DNA from: Paraspadella gotoi
Lineage: Eukaryota; Animalia; Chaetognatha
Assembly: GCA_051294375.1 (NCBI GenBank)
Contig: CM119268.1
Span: 23,964,349 to 24,028,348 of the forward strand
DNA length: 64,000 nt
Reading direction: 5' to 3'
The stretch's first letter is position 1. The number at the start of each line of letters is the position of its first letter. The position numbers and the translations under genes were made by a program. The notes below the pieces were generated by a model. It saw only the letters and a list, made by a program, of their open reading frames with translations, was not told the DNA's origin and made no database searches. Below, piece after piece: positions 39,261 through 52,320 of this stretch.

Positions 39261-39312
<52 letters not shown>

Positions 39313-39493
39313 GGCTCCTGCCATGTGAGCTTTGGTGCAGCGTCAAATTCAAGATAAATGGAGGGAAAAAAAGAAAAAAAAGGGAAAAGGTTGGTATCGA
39401 ACTCTCGACCTTCGGAACGATCAACCACAAGACCACAACTCGACCACAATTCGACCACAAGGCAACAAATCCTGATCTTCATGAAATGAAGAT

Positions 39494-39843
39494 ATCCATT
39501 CATTTAATAAATAAGCTATCTTGCCCCTGACTTTGGGCAGTCTTTGGTGGTTTAAGGCCTCCATCACTCTTACAAGATAATGACATAGCAGGTCCCTGCA
39601 AGCTTTCAATCAAGACTCACAGTCTCGTTTATTCAGTCCTTCCTTATGAATAAAGTGGTATATTATTTCAAAGAATGTTTTAATCATATAAAACTTCTTA
39701 AGTATTAAATCAGGGAATACTATATTGTACTTCACACTAGCATCAAAATGCAAGGAGGTGAGTTTTATGAAATAGGTACAACCATTAAAAAAATCGTTCA
39801 TTTATTTACTAAATAAGCTATCTTGTCCCTGACGTTGGACAGG
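39494..39843 (-). mobile_element. ~300-bp dispersed repeat with direct terminal redundancy (unclassified)
   Basis: ATAAGCTATCTTG.CCCTGAC.TTGG.CAG occurs at 39511 and 39813 (period 302 bp). Homologous pieces lie at 3527-3712, 4416-4498, 6140-6316, 6452-6543, 36580-36703, 36846-36904, 49858-49948 and 57555-57646. Confidence 0.7.
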
Positions 39844-40044
39844 AAGTTATAAATAAATAATTGTTTTCTTTCTGCCAATCCAACCAAGCACTCACCAATC
39901 TTGGAACCTCTAACTTTCCAATAACTTACCTTTTACTCCTGACCAAAACTATCAGTCTATCTAACCTCACTACTCAACCTCGTTGCTGAGATCGTGACCT
40001 CAGGTTGACACCCTTCCACTTTGCCTGGCTGATTCGTGGCGTAT

Positions 40045-40300
40045 GAGGAGGAAAGGGAGGAAAGAAGGGAGGAAGGAAAGGAGGAAAGGGAGGATAGAAG
40101 GAAGGAAGGAAAGAAGGGAGGAAGGGAGGATAGAAGGAAGGAAGGAAAGAAGAGAGGAAAGGAGGATAGAAGAAAGGAAGGAAAGAAGGGAGGAAAGGAG
40201 AATAAAAGGAAGGAAGGAAAGAAGGGAGGAAGGGAGGATAAAAGGAAAGAAGGGAGGAAAGGAGGATAGAAGGAAGGAAGGAAAGAGAGAAGGAAGGAAG
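40045..40300 (+). repeat. 36-bp purine minisatellite
   Basis: Unit GGAGGATAGAAGGAAGGAAGGAAAGAAGGGAGGAAG, giving 12-aa periodicity in the ORF track. Confidence 0.85.
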
Positions 40301-41727
40301 ATTTTTCAAATTGGTACGTATTAATTAGATTTGAACTGAATATCAAATTGACGAAAAAATAAAACAGAAATCACTTTTTAAAGTTTAATTAATCACGGCT
40401 TGCTTAGAAAATTGTTAATGTTCCTTGTCTTTTTGGCCTTAAAACTAACTTAACATAACATTTTTAAACATAGAGTGAAAATAGATTGTCATCAGGTTTT
40501 CCAGCAACTTGCTTCATATCGCGTGTTATGAAGTCTTTCAACTGTGATGACTCAATCCTAACTTAATTTAATTTATTGCTCCTTAATCTTTTCTTCTTCT
40601 TCCTCATCTTCCTCCCTCCCTCCCTCCGTCCACTTCTCCTTCCTTGCCCTCTCCTTACTCCTTCTCTCCCTACCATTCTACTCTCTCGTCTCTCTCTACT
40701 CTCTCTGGTCTCTGCTCTCTCTCTCTCNNNNNNNNNNNNNNNNNNNNNNNNNNNNNNNNNNNNNNNNNNNNNNNNNNNNNNNNNNNNNNNNNNNNNNNNN
40801 NNNNNNNNNNNNNNNNNNNNNNNNNNNNNNNNNNNNNNNNNNNNNNNNNNNNNNNNNNNNNNNNNNNNNNGTCATCGTCGCTAGGGTAAGTGGACGAGGT
40901 TAGTCTCAGAGGCCCTGATCTCTCCTTCTTAGTCTCTCTCTTTCCCTCTTTCTTTTTTTTATTTCCCTCTTCTGTTTTCTCAATAATTTATTTTGTTATT
41001 ATTTTTAAATTCACGACAATAAATTCATAATTATTTTTTCATCCTTCAAATATAAGGCTTTAAATGTCAGTCCTTAAATGTCATTCTCCAAATAAAATCG
41101 TCCAAATTTCAACCTCTAATCCTCTAATCTAATAATCTAATCTCATCCTATAATCTCATCATCTAATCTCAGCCTCTAATCTCATCCTCTAATCCTCTAA
41201 AGTGGTATAACATTTCAAAGAATGTTTCAATTGTATGAAAATACCACTCCCTTAAGTATAATAACTCCCTATGTAATATTGATACTATTTTATTCAAAAT
41301 TTCTTTAAAAACCTTCATGAAGGTCAGAAAAAAAATAATTTTAAAAAGAGTGAATTTAAAAATGAGAAACGGAATTAAAATCTATCTTTTTGCTATAATT
41401 AATAAGGCATATTAAAATCTATTCATATATAATTTGCACATATAAATAGTTTTAGTTTTTACTTTTAAATTAGTATTTAATCTTTACAGGTTTGCAAATA
41501 GCGGCTCTTTTTTAGCGGCGGGTTTAAAATTGTCGCCATGTAAATCTAAGCCTTCAAATCTAATCCTTCAAAAATCTCAGCCTACAAATCTTAACCCGCG
41601 AGAACAATGTAGAGATAAAAGGAATTTAATCCCTTTGAAGGGACGCGACTCCCTGAAGATTCAGAAGGTGTACCGCAGGAGGGGGGAACTAACGCAGGTG
41701 GGGAGAGAGAGCAGAGAGATATGAGAT

Positions 41728-41764
<37 letters not shown>

Positions 41765-43315
41765 AAGAAGAAAAAAAAAAGAGGAGAAGGAAAGGAAAAA
41801 AAAAGGAGAAGAAAGAAGGAAGGGGAAGAAAAGGGAGAGAGAGAGAGGACCGTCCCCTAAACAGGGCAAGCTGGCGACTTAATTGATTCGGGGAAAGAAG
41901 TAGGGGAGGAAGGAGGAGAANNNNNNNNNNNNNNNNNNNNNNNNNNNNNNNNNNNNNNNNNNNNNNNNNNNNNNNNNNNNNNNNNNNNNNNNNNNNNNNN
42001 NNNNNNNNNNNNNNNNNNNNNNNNNNNNNNNNNNNNNNNNNNNNNNNNNNNNNNNNNNNNNNNNNNNNNNNNNNNNNNNNNNNNNNNNNNNNNNNNNNNN
42101 NNNNNNNNNNNNNNNNNNNNNNNNNNNNNNNNNNNNNNNNNNNNNNNNNNNNNNNNNNNNNNNNNNNNNNNNNNNNNNNNNNNNNNNNNNNNNNNNNNNN
42201 NNNNNNNNNNNNNNNNNNNNNNNNNNNNNNNNNNNNNNNNNNNNNNNNNNNNNNNNNNNNNNNNNNNNNNNNNNNNNNNNNNNNNNNNNNNNNNNNNNNN
42301 NNNNNNNNNNNNNNNNNNNNNNNNNNNNNNNNNNNNNNNNNNNNNNNNNNNNNNNNNNNNNNNNNNNNNNNNNNNNNNNNNNNNNNNNNNNNNNNNNNNN
42401 NNNNNNNNNNNNNNNNNNNNNNNNNNNNNNNNNNNNNNNNNGGAGGAGGGAAAGAGGAAGACAACCGATCAGGAAAATTCAAATCGTTTGATTGATTGAC
42501 TGATTTATTGATTGATTTATTAATTGATTTATCGATTGATTTATTGATTGTTGATTTTTTTATTGATTTATTTATTGATTTATTTTTTGATTGCTTTATT
42601 GATTGATTGATTTTTTGAATGATTTATTGATTGATTGATTTATTGATTGTGCGGCGACAACAACAACAACAACAACAATGACAACAACCGCGACAAGGAA
42701 ACTGACATTTAACCAAAGTCAGGTTCCTAACCTTAAATCAACCTTACCTTTTCTATTGTTTAGCGTTGTCCGTTATTTCTTACTTACCATTGTTTTGTCG
42801 TTTTTTTACCTTACCTCGTTTTTGAATGATTTCGATCATTACATGTCAAAGCGAAAACAACTCGATATTTTTCTCTACAAAAATCCACAAAGTCAGATCC
42901 CAAAATGTATTTATTGATTGATTATTTGATTGATTGATTTAATGATTGATTGATTGATTGATGAATTGATTGATGGATTTATTGATGAATTGTTTGATTG
43001 ATTGATGGATTGATTGATTTATTGATTTATTGAGCGGTATCTTTGGTCGCGACAGATACGGGACGATGAGAAAGACGACAACGACGACGACGATGACGAC
43101 TATGAATCAGGATCAACCGAGGATGAGTTCTTTAAATTCTCGGCACAAAAGTCGATGGATGATTAATGAGAGAGAGAGAGAGAGAGAGGGAGACTTTCAA
43201 AAGTGTTTTGGTCACAAACACTAACCTGTTTGGTTTAACAAGACATTTTTAAAACGACTATTATAATTATAATTATAATTTGTATTTAAGAGAAATAAGT
43301 TTTTGGTTAAAGACT

Positions 43316-43801
43316 TTGAGTTCAGAGGTCACGATTTTCTTTTTGAGTTCAGAGTCAGAAGGTCACGATTTTCTTTTTGTTCAGAGTATTTCTTGATAGA
43401 GGTCCAATTTTCTTTTTTGAGTTCAGGGTCACTGATTTTCTTTTTTGAGTTCAGAGTCAGAAAAATTTTCTTTTTTGAGTATCAGAGGTCACAATTATTT
43501 CTTTTTGAGTTTCAGCAGGTCTTCGATTTTCTATTTATTGGAGTTCAGAGTCACGATTTTCATTTTTCAGTTCAGAGGTCAACATTTTCTTTTTGAGTTC
43601 AGAGGTCACGATTTTGAGTTCAAGGTCACGATTTTCTTTTAGGTTCAGAGGTCACAGATTTTTATAGAGTCACTTTTCTTTTTGAAGTTCAGAGGTCACG
43701 AGTTCTTTTTGGAGTTCAGAGGTCACAATTTTCTTTTTTTGGAGTTCAGAGGTCACGATTTTTTTTTTTTTTTGAGTTCAGAGGTCACGATTTTTTTTGA
43801 G
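43316..43801 (+). repeat. ~26-27-bp minisatellite GAGTTCAGAGGTCACGATTTTCTTTT(T)
   Basis: Directly visible tandem array of roughly 18-20 units. Confidence 0.9.
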
Positions 43802-44147
43802 CTTGATAAATGATAATAAACATAATAATAAATGACCAATAAATGCCTAACAATGTATAATATACATTTTAATATAATCTATATATAAAACCTTGTATTG
43901 TACACAAACATATTAATAAAAATAAAATAACGTAATATTTTTTTGATAAATAAATCTTATCTTTTATATTTACCTGAAGTAAATTTACATTTTGATAACA
44001 AACTAAAAAATCTGAATATTTTGTGTGAAAAATATTTTCTAAAAAAAAAAAAATAAAAAAAAAAGTCTAAATTCTAAAACTTAAGAAGGTTTTTTACGAC
44101 TTTAAGTTTTGAGTTAAACCAGGTTTTTTAGGTTTTTAGTTTTTTAA

Positions 44148-45150
44148 GGGGACCCAAGTGATAAAAATGATATCATAAGTCAAGGGTCTATCATCAAAGG
44201 AATTTGAATGGTGATAGTCATTAATTTTTCTTTGCACGGGAAAGTGGCAAAAAAATTCCTATCTCTTATTCTAGCGGAAAACAAAATTTAATAATTATGG
44301 AAAAAAAAATTTAGTTGACCCTAACCTAAATATTTATATAATCATTATTTATTTTTAGTTATTAGAAAGTATTTTTTATACTAAATTCCCAATTTTTTTA
44401 TTTTTTACTTACAAAGCTATAATTTTAGGTTTAAGCCTCATTTACGATACAAGGCTTTACAAGACTAATATTTTTTTATTTTTATATTTACTTAAAAGCA
44501 GATAAATCAAACCTAAATTCTATTCTTACAGAAACAAAAGATGTAATAATTAATTAATTAATATTCATATTCATCCTTAAATGTATAATTAAACTATATT
44601 GATTCCTAATTATAACAATTAAAAATTTAGCAAAAGTACAGAATCTTTCTCTTCCTTTTATATTTATATTACTTCAAAGAGTTTATTTCTCATCCAATTA
44701 ACAGATATCATTTTTGAAAAGAAAAGTTTAAATAAAATCAGTTTCGATACCATAAATTTTGATTCTATCTAGTTTTTTTTCTTATAAATTTTTGTGATAT
44801 AAAGCAGAAATCTTTTTAAAAATTCACCTGAATCATTTTTTTTTTGGATAATTTAAAAAAAAATTTATTTTTTATAATTCTTGAAATATGATTTTATAAT
44901 TTTTGCTTACTCGAATAATATTTGAATCTATTAAAGAAAAACCTCTAAGCTTCGCATGAATATTTTATACGACAAATTTATATATAATCTTTTATACTCT
45001 ATTTTCTCCAAATAGATAGAAAAAAGTATTATATAGATTTACTAGTTATCCAAAAATGAGGAAAAATATATATTTCAGAACCCAGCTTAAGTTAAAGGGT
45101 CAAACGTTATGGGTTTCAGCTTTTTTACCCCCCCTGTTCACTTGGTCCCC
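44148..45150. mobile_element. Non-autonomous DNA transposon (MITE-like), Kolobok-type, TTAA target-site duplication
   Basis: TTAA (44144-44147) + GGGGACCCAAGTGA ... TCACTTGGTCCCC + TTAA (45151-45154), giving ~13-bp TIRs. The homologous site in the second copy of this region (~53221-53245, ...gttttTTAAagatgaag...) has one TTAA and no element. A TTAA TSD with purine (GG) 5' termini fits Kolobok rather than piggyBac (YY termini). No transposase ORF. Confidence 0.85.
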
Positions 45151-45236
45151 TTAAAGATGAAGAGAAAAAGTCTGGAAAATGAAGATAATTAAAGGGCGAG
45201 ACTGAATTCGGTATTGTGTGGAGTCAGAGAGAGAAG

Positions 45237-45287
<51 letters not shown>

Positions 45288-46535
45288 AGAGAGTTATCGT
45301 ACATCCTCTTTTCTTTCCTTCCTCTCTCTTCTCTCTCTTCTCTCTCTCTCTTCTTCTCTCTTTGCTCTCTCTCTGAGATTTAATGCTTGTCTGATATAGT
45401 CTAAAAAATTTTAAGCCATCTGTCTGAGTATATTAGAGTAAGAGAAAGAGTAAGAGTAAGAGGAGTCATGGATTAAGAGGAAAAGAAAGAAAAGAAAAGA
45501 AAAGAAAGAAAAGAAAAGAAAAGAAAAGAAAAGAAAAGAAAAGAAAGAAAAATAAAGAGAAAATGAATAAGAAAAGAAAAGAAAAGTAAAGAAAAGAATA
45601 GAAAAAAAATAAAGAGAAAGAAAAGTTTTATTTTTGTCTTAAATTTTCCCAAATGTTTTTGCCACAATTGAAAACTTTTTTTTCTTATATGGATTTATAA
45701 CAATTATGATGTTCGAATCAATATCCTTGTTAAGAATTTTTATAGTTTTTGTCTGCCATTATTCGTATTATTTATTTAGTGTTTCTTTACTATCTTTAAG
45801 CTCGGACTGTAAGGATAAGGGTAAGGGAAAGCTGCAAAGGCTAACACTGGGTTGAGAGAGAAAATTCTCTTTATTTTTATATGTTTCTTTCCTTCCTTTT
45901 ATTTTCTTAATTCCCTTTTGTCTTTTGTTCTTTCCTTTTGTCCTTTTTTCTTTCGCTCCCATTTTCCTTTGTTTTGTTCTTTTTCTTTCTTTCCTCCATT
46001 TCCGTTTTTTGTCTTTTTTCTTTCTCCATTTTCCTTTATTTGTCCTTTTTCTTTTCTTTTCCTCTATTTCCCTTTTTGTCCTTTCTTTCCCCATTTCCTT
46101 TATTTTGATTTTTCCTTTCTTTCCACTTTTTGTCCCTTTTCTTCTCTCCATTCTTCTTTGTTGTCCTTATTTCTTTCTTTCATCCATTTCCCTCTTTGTC
46201 CTTTATCCTTCTTTCCTCCATTTCCTCTTTGTCCTTTTTCCTTCTTTTCCTCCCATTCCCTTTTGGCCTTCATCTTTCCTCATTTTCCCTCCTTTTCACA
46301 CAAACAGTTTTGAGGACAAAATGCAAGGCCAAAGTTTCGACCGACAAATTGAAAAAAAGAGGAGATGAAATAGTTGGCACTATCTCTCTCTCATCTCATA
46401 TCTCTCTCTCTCTCCGGTCTCTCTCTCCATCTCTCTCTTTCTCCTTCATCGATCTTTCCTTTCCGCTTCATCTATCTCTCTCTTTCTGCGCTCTCTCTCT
46501 TTCCGTCTTCTCTCTCTCTACTAATCTATCTATCC

Positions 46536-46574
<39 letters not shown>

Positions 46575-46884
46575 ATATCTATCTATCTATCTAAACTATT
46601 CTCTTCTTTTTCTTTCTCTCTCTCTATCTCTCTCTTTCTCGCTCTCTCTCTCTCTCTCTTCTCCTATTTCGCTATATCTCCATCTTTCTCTCTTTCTCTA
46701 CTCTCTCTCTCATTTACTCCTCTCTCTCTCTCTCCGTCTCTCTCTCATCTCTCGTCATCCTCACTCATCTCTCTCTCTCTACTCTGAACCATAATCGTTT
46801 TAGCTTCCTCGAGTGGTTTCCCTTGGAAATTCTGCTTTTTTTTTTGGTCTTTTTGCTTCATGTTCTACAAAGAAAGTGACAAAG

Positions 46885-47145
46885 ATCCATCCATGGCCGG
46901 TTTGACCTTGCCGTCCATGCCATTTCTGGTCTCTGCCATCCCTGCCACTAGTTGTCTACCGTCCATGCCACTTTGTCCAAACCATCCACTGCCATTTTAA
47001 TCTACAATCTTGCCATTTTGTTCTGCCATCGATTGCCTTTTGTTCCAACCACCCATGCATTTTGACCTTGCCATCCAGGCACTTTGTTTTCTACATCCCA
47101 TGCCACATTTTTTTCCTGCGCATCCAGCCACTTTATCTTTGCCAG
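46885..47145 (+). repeat. ~20-22-bp minisatellite GCCATCCATGCCACTTTGT
   Basis: Degenerate tandem units, also seen at 55007-55135. Confidence 0.7.
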
Positions 47146-47213
47146 TCCGTTCAGCTTTTTTATTCCTTCGCCAGCGACATCTCTCTTTACTTTCCGCATT
47201 AAATGTCGGCTTC

Positions 47214-47333
47214 AACCGCCCGCCCCCCTCGCGCCGCCGCGCCGCCCGCTGCCGCCGTCGCCTCGCCGCCCGCCGCCGCCGCCGCCCGCCGCCGCCGGCC
47301 GGCCGCCGTCCCGCCGCCGCCGCCGCCGCCGGC
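47214..47333 (+). repeat. (CCG)n-rich tract
   Basis: Near-pure GC trinucleotide tract. The corresponding position in the second copy is an N gap (55191-55382). Confidence 0.85.
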
Positions 47334-47660
47334 ACGATGTCATCCCATAGACTCTATCTTCATTTTCCTCTAAGTTATTAAAACGGGCTAAAATTTATAT
47401 TTTTTACAATATGAAACTATAAGATAAATCTTAAATTTTTTTTAGATTTTTACGAATCTTTAATAAATACATTAACATATATATTACCGGACTTCTGTTA
47501 GTTCTCGCCTTAACTATTATATATCCATTTTTACCCCCACTCTCTTCCTCTCTCACTCTCACATTCTCCCTCTCTCCTCACGCCCTCCCTCTTTTTTTCC
47601 TTTCCCTCTCTCTCTCCCTTCATCTCCCCCTCTCTTTCTCCCTTCTCCCCCCCTCATCTC

Positions 47661-47702
<42 letters not shown>

Positions 47703-49948
47703 CTTTCCCTCCCTTGCTCTCTCTCCTCCCCTCTCTTTCCTTATCTCATTCCCTTTCTCTCTCTTTATTCTCTCTCTCTATGGTTTTCTCTCCTCTCTCC
47801 TCTCTGCCCCTCCAGTTTCCTCGTGCGAGCAACCTTTAAAGAGAGAAAGAAAGAGAGAGAGAGAGAGAGAGAGATGTCTCCAGCGATGATGAGAGATGGG
47901 TAGGGAGGAGATGAGAGGAGAGAGAGAGAGAGTGAGGAAAGAGAGAGGAGAGATGTGAGAGAAAGGAACGCTTAACACTCTCTAAGTTCGCCCAGAAATC
48001 AACAACAACCCATGATCGTCCTTCATGGATTTACCCTTCTACCAAAACTCGTTAACAATCGGCTTATCTCACTCACTCGATCGTTACCGCTTAAATCCGA
48101 GGCACCTGATCGGCTTCGGCCTCCGAGGTTAACGATACCACACCACCAATTCTGTTTGCCTAGCTGATAAGAACACGATGTTTGCTTTTATAGCAGAGTG
48201 AGAGAGAGAGAGAAGAGAGAGAGAGAGACGAAAGAAGAGAGAGAGAGAGAGAAGAGAAAGAGAAGAGAGAGACTAGAGTCATGGAAGAAGAATAAATTAG
48301 ATATACTTTAGATTGTATAGGGGGCAATTGTGAGATTTTGAGCATATCGATAAAGTAGAGAGAATAGAAAAGGATGGAGAAATAGTCATTTATTTATGTA
48401 ATCATGCGCATTGATTATTAAGATAGTAGAGGAGAAATCGGTTATGATTAAATCATTATTATTTTTAAAGCGCCAATTATTCTTTATAATATTAGTAAAA
48501 GGTTACTGGAAACACCATACCACGATCTTTTTACTAAGGTTTTTTTTATTCATTCTTCTTCAGTGCGCGAGAAATAATCTCGTTTATATTTGTTTCTTAT
48601 TTTCATATTTTTTTAACTATATTTCTCAATATTAAATAACATATCTAATTTTGATACTGAGAACCGAATCATGAAGTTTTATCAAATTAATAGATATAGT
48701 ACATGATTGAGAAGTTAGCATAATTTTAAGATAAAAGTTTGTGAGTATCTTTGACAAACTAACTAGCAACTAAGCAACAGAGACCTCGGTACATCCAAAC
48801 TATGTGTGCGCGCCGCAAGTGGTTACTTGATGTCATTCAGCATTCCATTTCCCTGTCAATCAATGACGACTGACTATTCAAGTTGAATGTAAAACAAACT
48901 TTTATCACTTATGGTGAAATATTTATGTTAAACAGACTAAGCATTCCACGAAATATGCCGCAGTTACGTAGTTGAGTGGTCATAGTAGTCTACACAGTAT
49001 GTGTAGGATTCGATCCAGGATGCAAAATAGCATTTAGTGTTTATCAAGTCTAGCCAGTTTACACCAAGTATTAACTAAAATAAACTTTCTAGCCTATATA
49101 TTACATTGTTTACGGCACTCCAACGGAATTTCCGCATTTTTATTCCTTTTAATTTTAATGGATTATCCTAAGTGCGCTCGCATCATATTGGAAAGGTAAT
49201 TCGTTCCGATTGTCATAACAATGCATCAACTATAGGCGAATGGTATAAGCAAATTTTAATTAATTAGGGCCAGAGCCGAAGGCAGACATACAGACGCGAC
49301 TGGACATAACCGACCAAAAAGCAAACTAAAAATAAAGTTTAGTCATTCTGTTTTATGTATTTATGCATTTCTGTCATTTTATTTCAGACGTATTCTTATT
49401 CATTTCTTCCCTGGAACCAGATATCATTTTGTCATTCATTCTTTCTGACTTCTGTCAATTCCGCGTCTTCTTGGAATGTGAGGTTCAGAGAAATTTTCAT
49501 GGGTTTAAGAGGAAGAATCGGGACTTTAATCCCGTAGGATTTTAATAAGATTTAAAAAAAGAGACATAAAAGGATCAATATTAAAAAAAAATTAAAATGA
49601 AAAAAAAAGAAATGGATAATATTTAATGTTAAAGTTTTATCAGAGTTGAATGACAAATTAAACTTTTTATGACTGATTTAAACCCTATTTATTTATTTTA
49701 TTATTTATATTATTTATTTAATTGTATTTAGTTTTAATTTATTTATTTATTTATTTATTTATTATTATTTTTCATGTATCTCTTCTCAGGCTATGAGAAT
49801 TTAGTGAGTGATAATTATGTGAGTTTAATAATCAAGAATTATGATAAAGGCATCAATATTGCTTCATTGATAGGAAACCTAGAAATTCTAAGGATGAGAA
49901 CTCGTTAGACAGTCTGATTGAAAGCTTGCAGGACCTGCTATGTCATTA

Positions 49949-50533
49949 TGGTAGTCGGCATTGCTAGGTTCACCCGCACTAGAATTCAAATGACACTTTA
50001 GTTGTGACGCCAGTAAGACTCATGAGTAAAGCCATCAGCTCATGACACACAGGAACCCGGTTCATCCCACCCGGTACCGACACCTGCGGGAAGGTGAGGA
50101 CGGCCGTAAGCCCCTGGGGCATGGCAAAACTCTCAGCCTGGTTCCAAGCCCAGGGACCCGTTCCATGCCCAGAGGGGTAAATTTGGACGTACAGCCGGTA
50201 ACCTTATCCACACTGGATAGAACCCATCCTGTCGAGCGTAATTCCAACTTCTGATTCCAGGCCCATGGACGTGCCGAAGATTGCTCCCCTCCTCCCACTT
50301 GGATAGCAGTGCGGGTCTGGGTTTACATCTGGGGGGGCATATAGTGAGGCTATGCCTAGGTACCCCCGTCCTAAAAATCATGACCTTTCAATTGTGACCC
50401 GGTGGCCTTCGATTGAGTATAAAACGATTAGTCTAATAATGTTTTCCACTAGTAGGGTACCCGGAGTTCCAATCCCAAACCCGGTACACTAATCCTGCGG
50501 GAAGGGTTGAGGGACGGCCGTAAGCCGCCTTGG
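49949..50533 (+). mobile_element. SINE-like element, head-to-tail 1.5-mer
   Basis: A full ~390-bp unit (49949-50339) is followed directly by a second unit truncated after GACGGCCGTAAGCCGCCTTGG. The sequence is noisy. Confidence 0.7.
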
Positions 50534-50949
50534 ATGTGAAAGAAAATGAAGAAAAGGAAAGGTAACTCCAATTACTTTACTTTTTTGATCGACCCTATTT
50601 GTAGATTGTTTGATGATAATATTTGAATTAGTAAAGGCTCCATCTGTCAAGTCATCTCTCTCTTCACTTCCTCTCTCTTCCTCCTCCTCCTATCCTTTCG
50701 ATCGGCAACACTTTCGCCATCGTCGACTCGATCGAAAAACTTTTTTGGCTTCGAATAAACACAAAAGAAACAATAAGGGAGAGAGGGGAGAGATGGGAAA
50801 GAGAGAGAAAGAGAAGAGAGGGGGGCGGATGTTGTATCGGCGGAAGAAAAACAGGATTTTAATCTGTCTTGTTTTTGGTTTGCTTCTGTTTTCTTAGTTT
50901 TGTTTTTTCTTTTGTTTTATTTTTTGTTTTTGTTTTTGTTCCTCAGCCC

Positions 50950-51195
50950 TATAGTCGGGCAATTGCATAAATTCACCCCGCTTATTAAGCCTAACACTTC
51001 AGCCATCAGCTCAATGATCACTAATGTACCGGGTTCAAATCCCTGCGTGAAGCGTGAGGACGGCCGTAAACACGCACTCTGGAGGCCATGGAAAATCTCA
51101 AGGCCTGGTTCCAAGCCAGGACCCGTTCCATGGCTGCTAGAAGGTCAAAGAAGTTGCGGATAGTCATCTTAAGCCTCTTAGTGCTTATATATCCG
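50950..51195 (+). mobile_element. SINE-like element, internally deleted copy
   Basis: Starts TATAGTCGGGCA, has B-box-like GGGTTCAAATCCC and the same body. Confidence 0.7.
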
Positions 51196-51208
51196 CCTCC
51201 ACAAATAC

Positions 51209-51733
51209 TTTTATGCCCACGAGTACTGTGAACCAACTCTATAAGGTCATTTTTCGGTCCGGTCGGTCTGGTCGGTCGGTTATGTCTTGTCCGTCAGTCT
51301 GTCCCACTTAACGTTTAAAAATGCATAATAATTGCGCTTAAGTTTGGGTTGCTCATTTGTTAAGACAGGAAAAACCTTAAATCTAAGTGACTGCTATCGC
51401 CGCCTTGAGGAAATCCTAAAACTAAAAAAAATAAAAGACGGAATTTTAATGCACAGCGCATTGTCATATAATACAAGGGCTAAGAAAAGTTTTATATAGT
51501 TATTTATAGCAGATCTGGTCAAAAAAAAAGTTTAAACTTTGAACACGCCTTACATATCTTTGCTTGTCTGTCGTCCTGACAACGTATTAACTAAGTGAGT
51601 CCTAAAAGATATTATTTCCTTCAAATAATGAAATAAAATACTTTTATCATAATTATTTAAACGTTTTGACAGAATCTGTAACACGTTCAAAAATAAAGTC
51701 ATTGCGGCGCAACACATTGGATCACCTGTTCTT
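51209..51733 (+). mobile_element. HINE family 2 copy
   Basis: 5' palindrome followed by CTCTATAAG..TCATTTTTCGGTC, then the microsatellite, core and the 3' end shared with 11356-11682. The post-palindrome motif resembles that of family 1 (CTCTATAATTCACTTTGTCGGT). Confidence 0.7.
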
Positions 51734-52320
51734 TTTTTCTATATCTTTCTGTGTCATACTATGGATCACATATTAGTTTATTATTTATTTAATATCGTTC
51801 TATTCATTAAATTTTTCTTTTAAGTCCGCGCACAGCATTGAAACAGTTAATCAATTATTTTCATCTTAAGACTTAACTTTTTAAGGAGATGGGCAAAAAA
51901 AAGAGAGAGAGAGATGAGAGAGAATAAGAATAGGAGAGAGGCGCGATAGGAGAAGGAGAGGAGAGAGAGAGGAAAAGAGAGAGAGGGAGAGCAATGAGAG
52001 GAAGATTCCCGTCTCTTGATGCCAACCCGGCGACCCAAAAGCGAGCGACACGATAGGTATGATCACGTACTAGGGAGATCAAAGCGCGCCAGTGAGTTAA
52101 GGAGGGAGAATTTCTAGTGAAGATAAAGAAATGAGAAGGAAAACATTAAAAGTTAAGTACAAGAAATGTGGTACTTATCAGTAATACGATTTGATGAATG
52201 AATGTATGAATGAATTGATGAATGTATGAATGAAAATTAAGAATGAATAACGATCACATTAATTAATAATATACTATTTGATGAATGAATCAATANNNNN
52301 NNNNNNNNNNNNNNNNNNNN

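Noticed and set aside
43316-43801. CRISPR-like appearance of the 26-bp repeat array
   Set aside because: The units are directly adjacent with no unique spacers, there are no cas genes, and the context is eukaryotic.
50390-50490. tRNA gene
   Set aside because: Only A/B-box-like motifs are present. The anticodon stem does not pair and the segment is embedded in a multi-copy repeat, so it is a SINE head.
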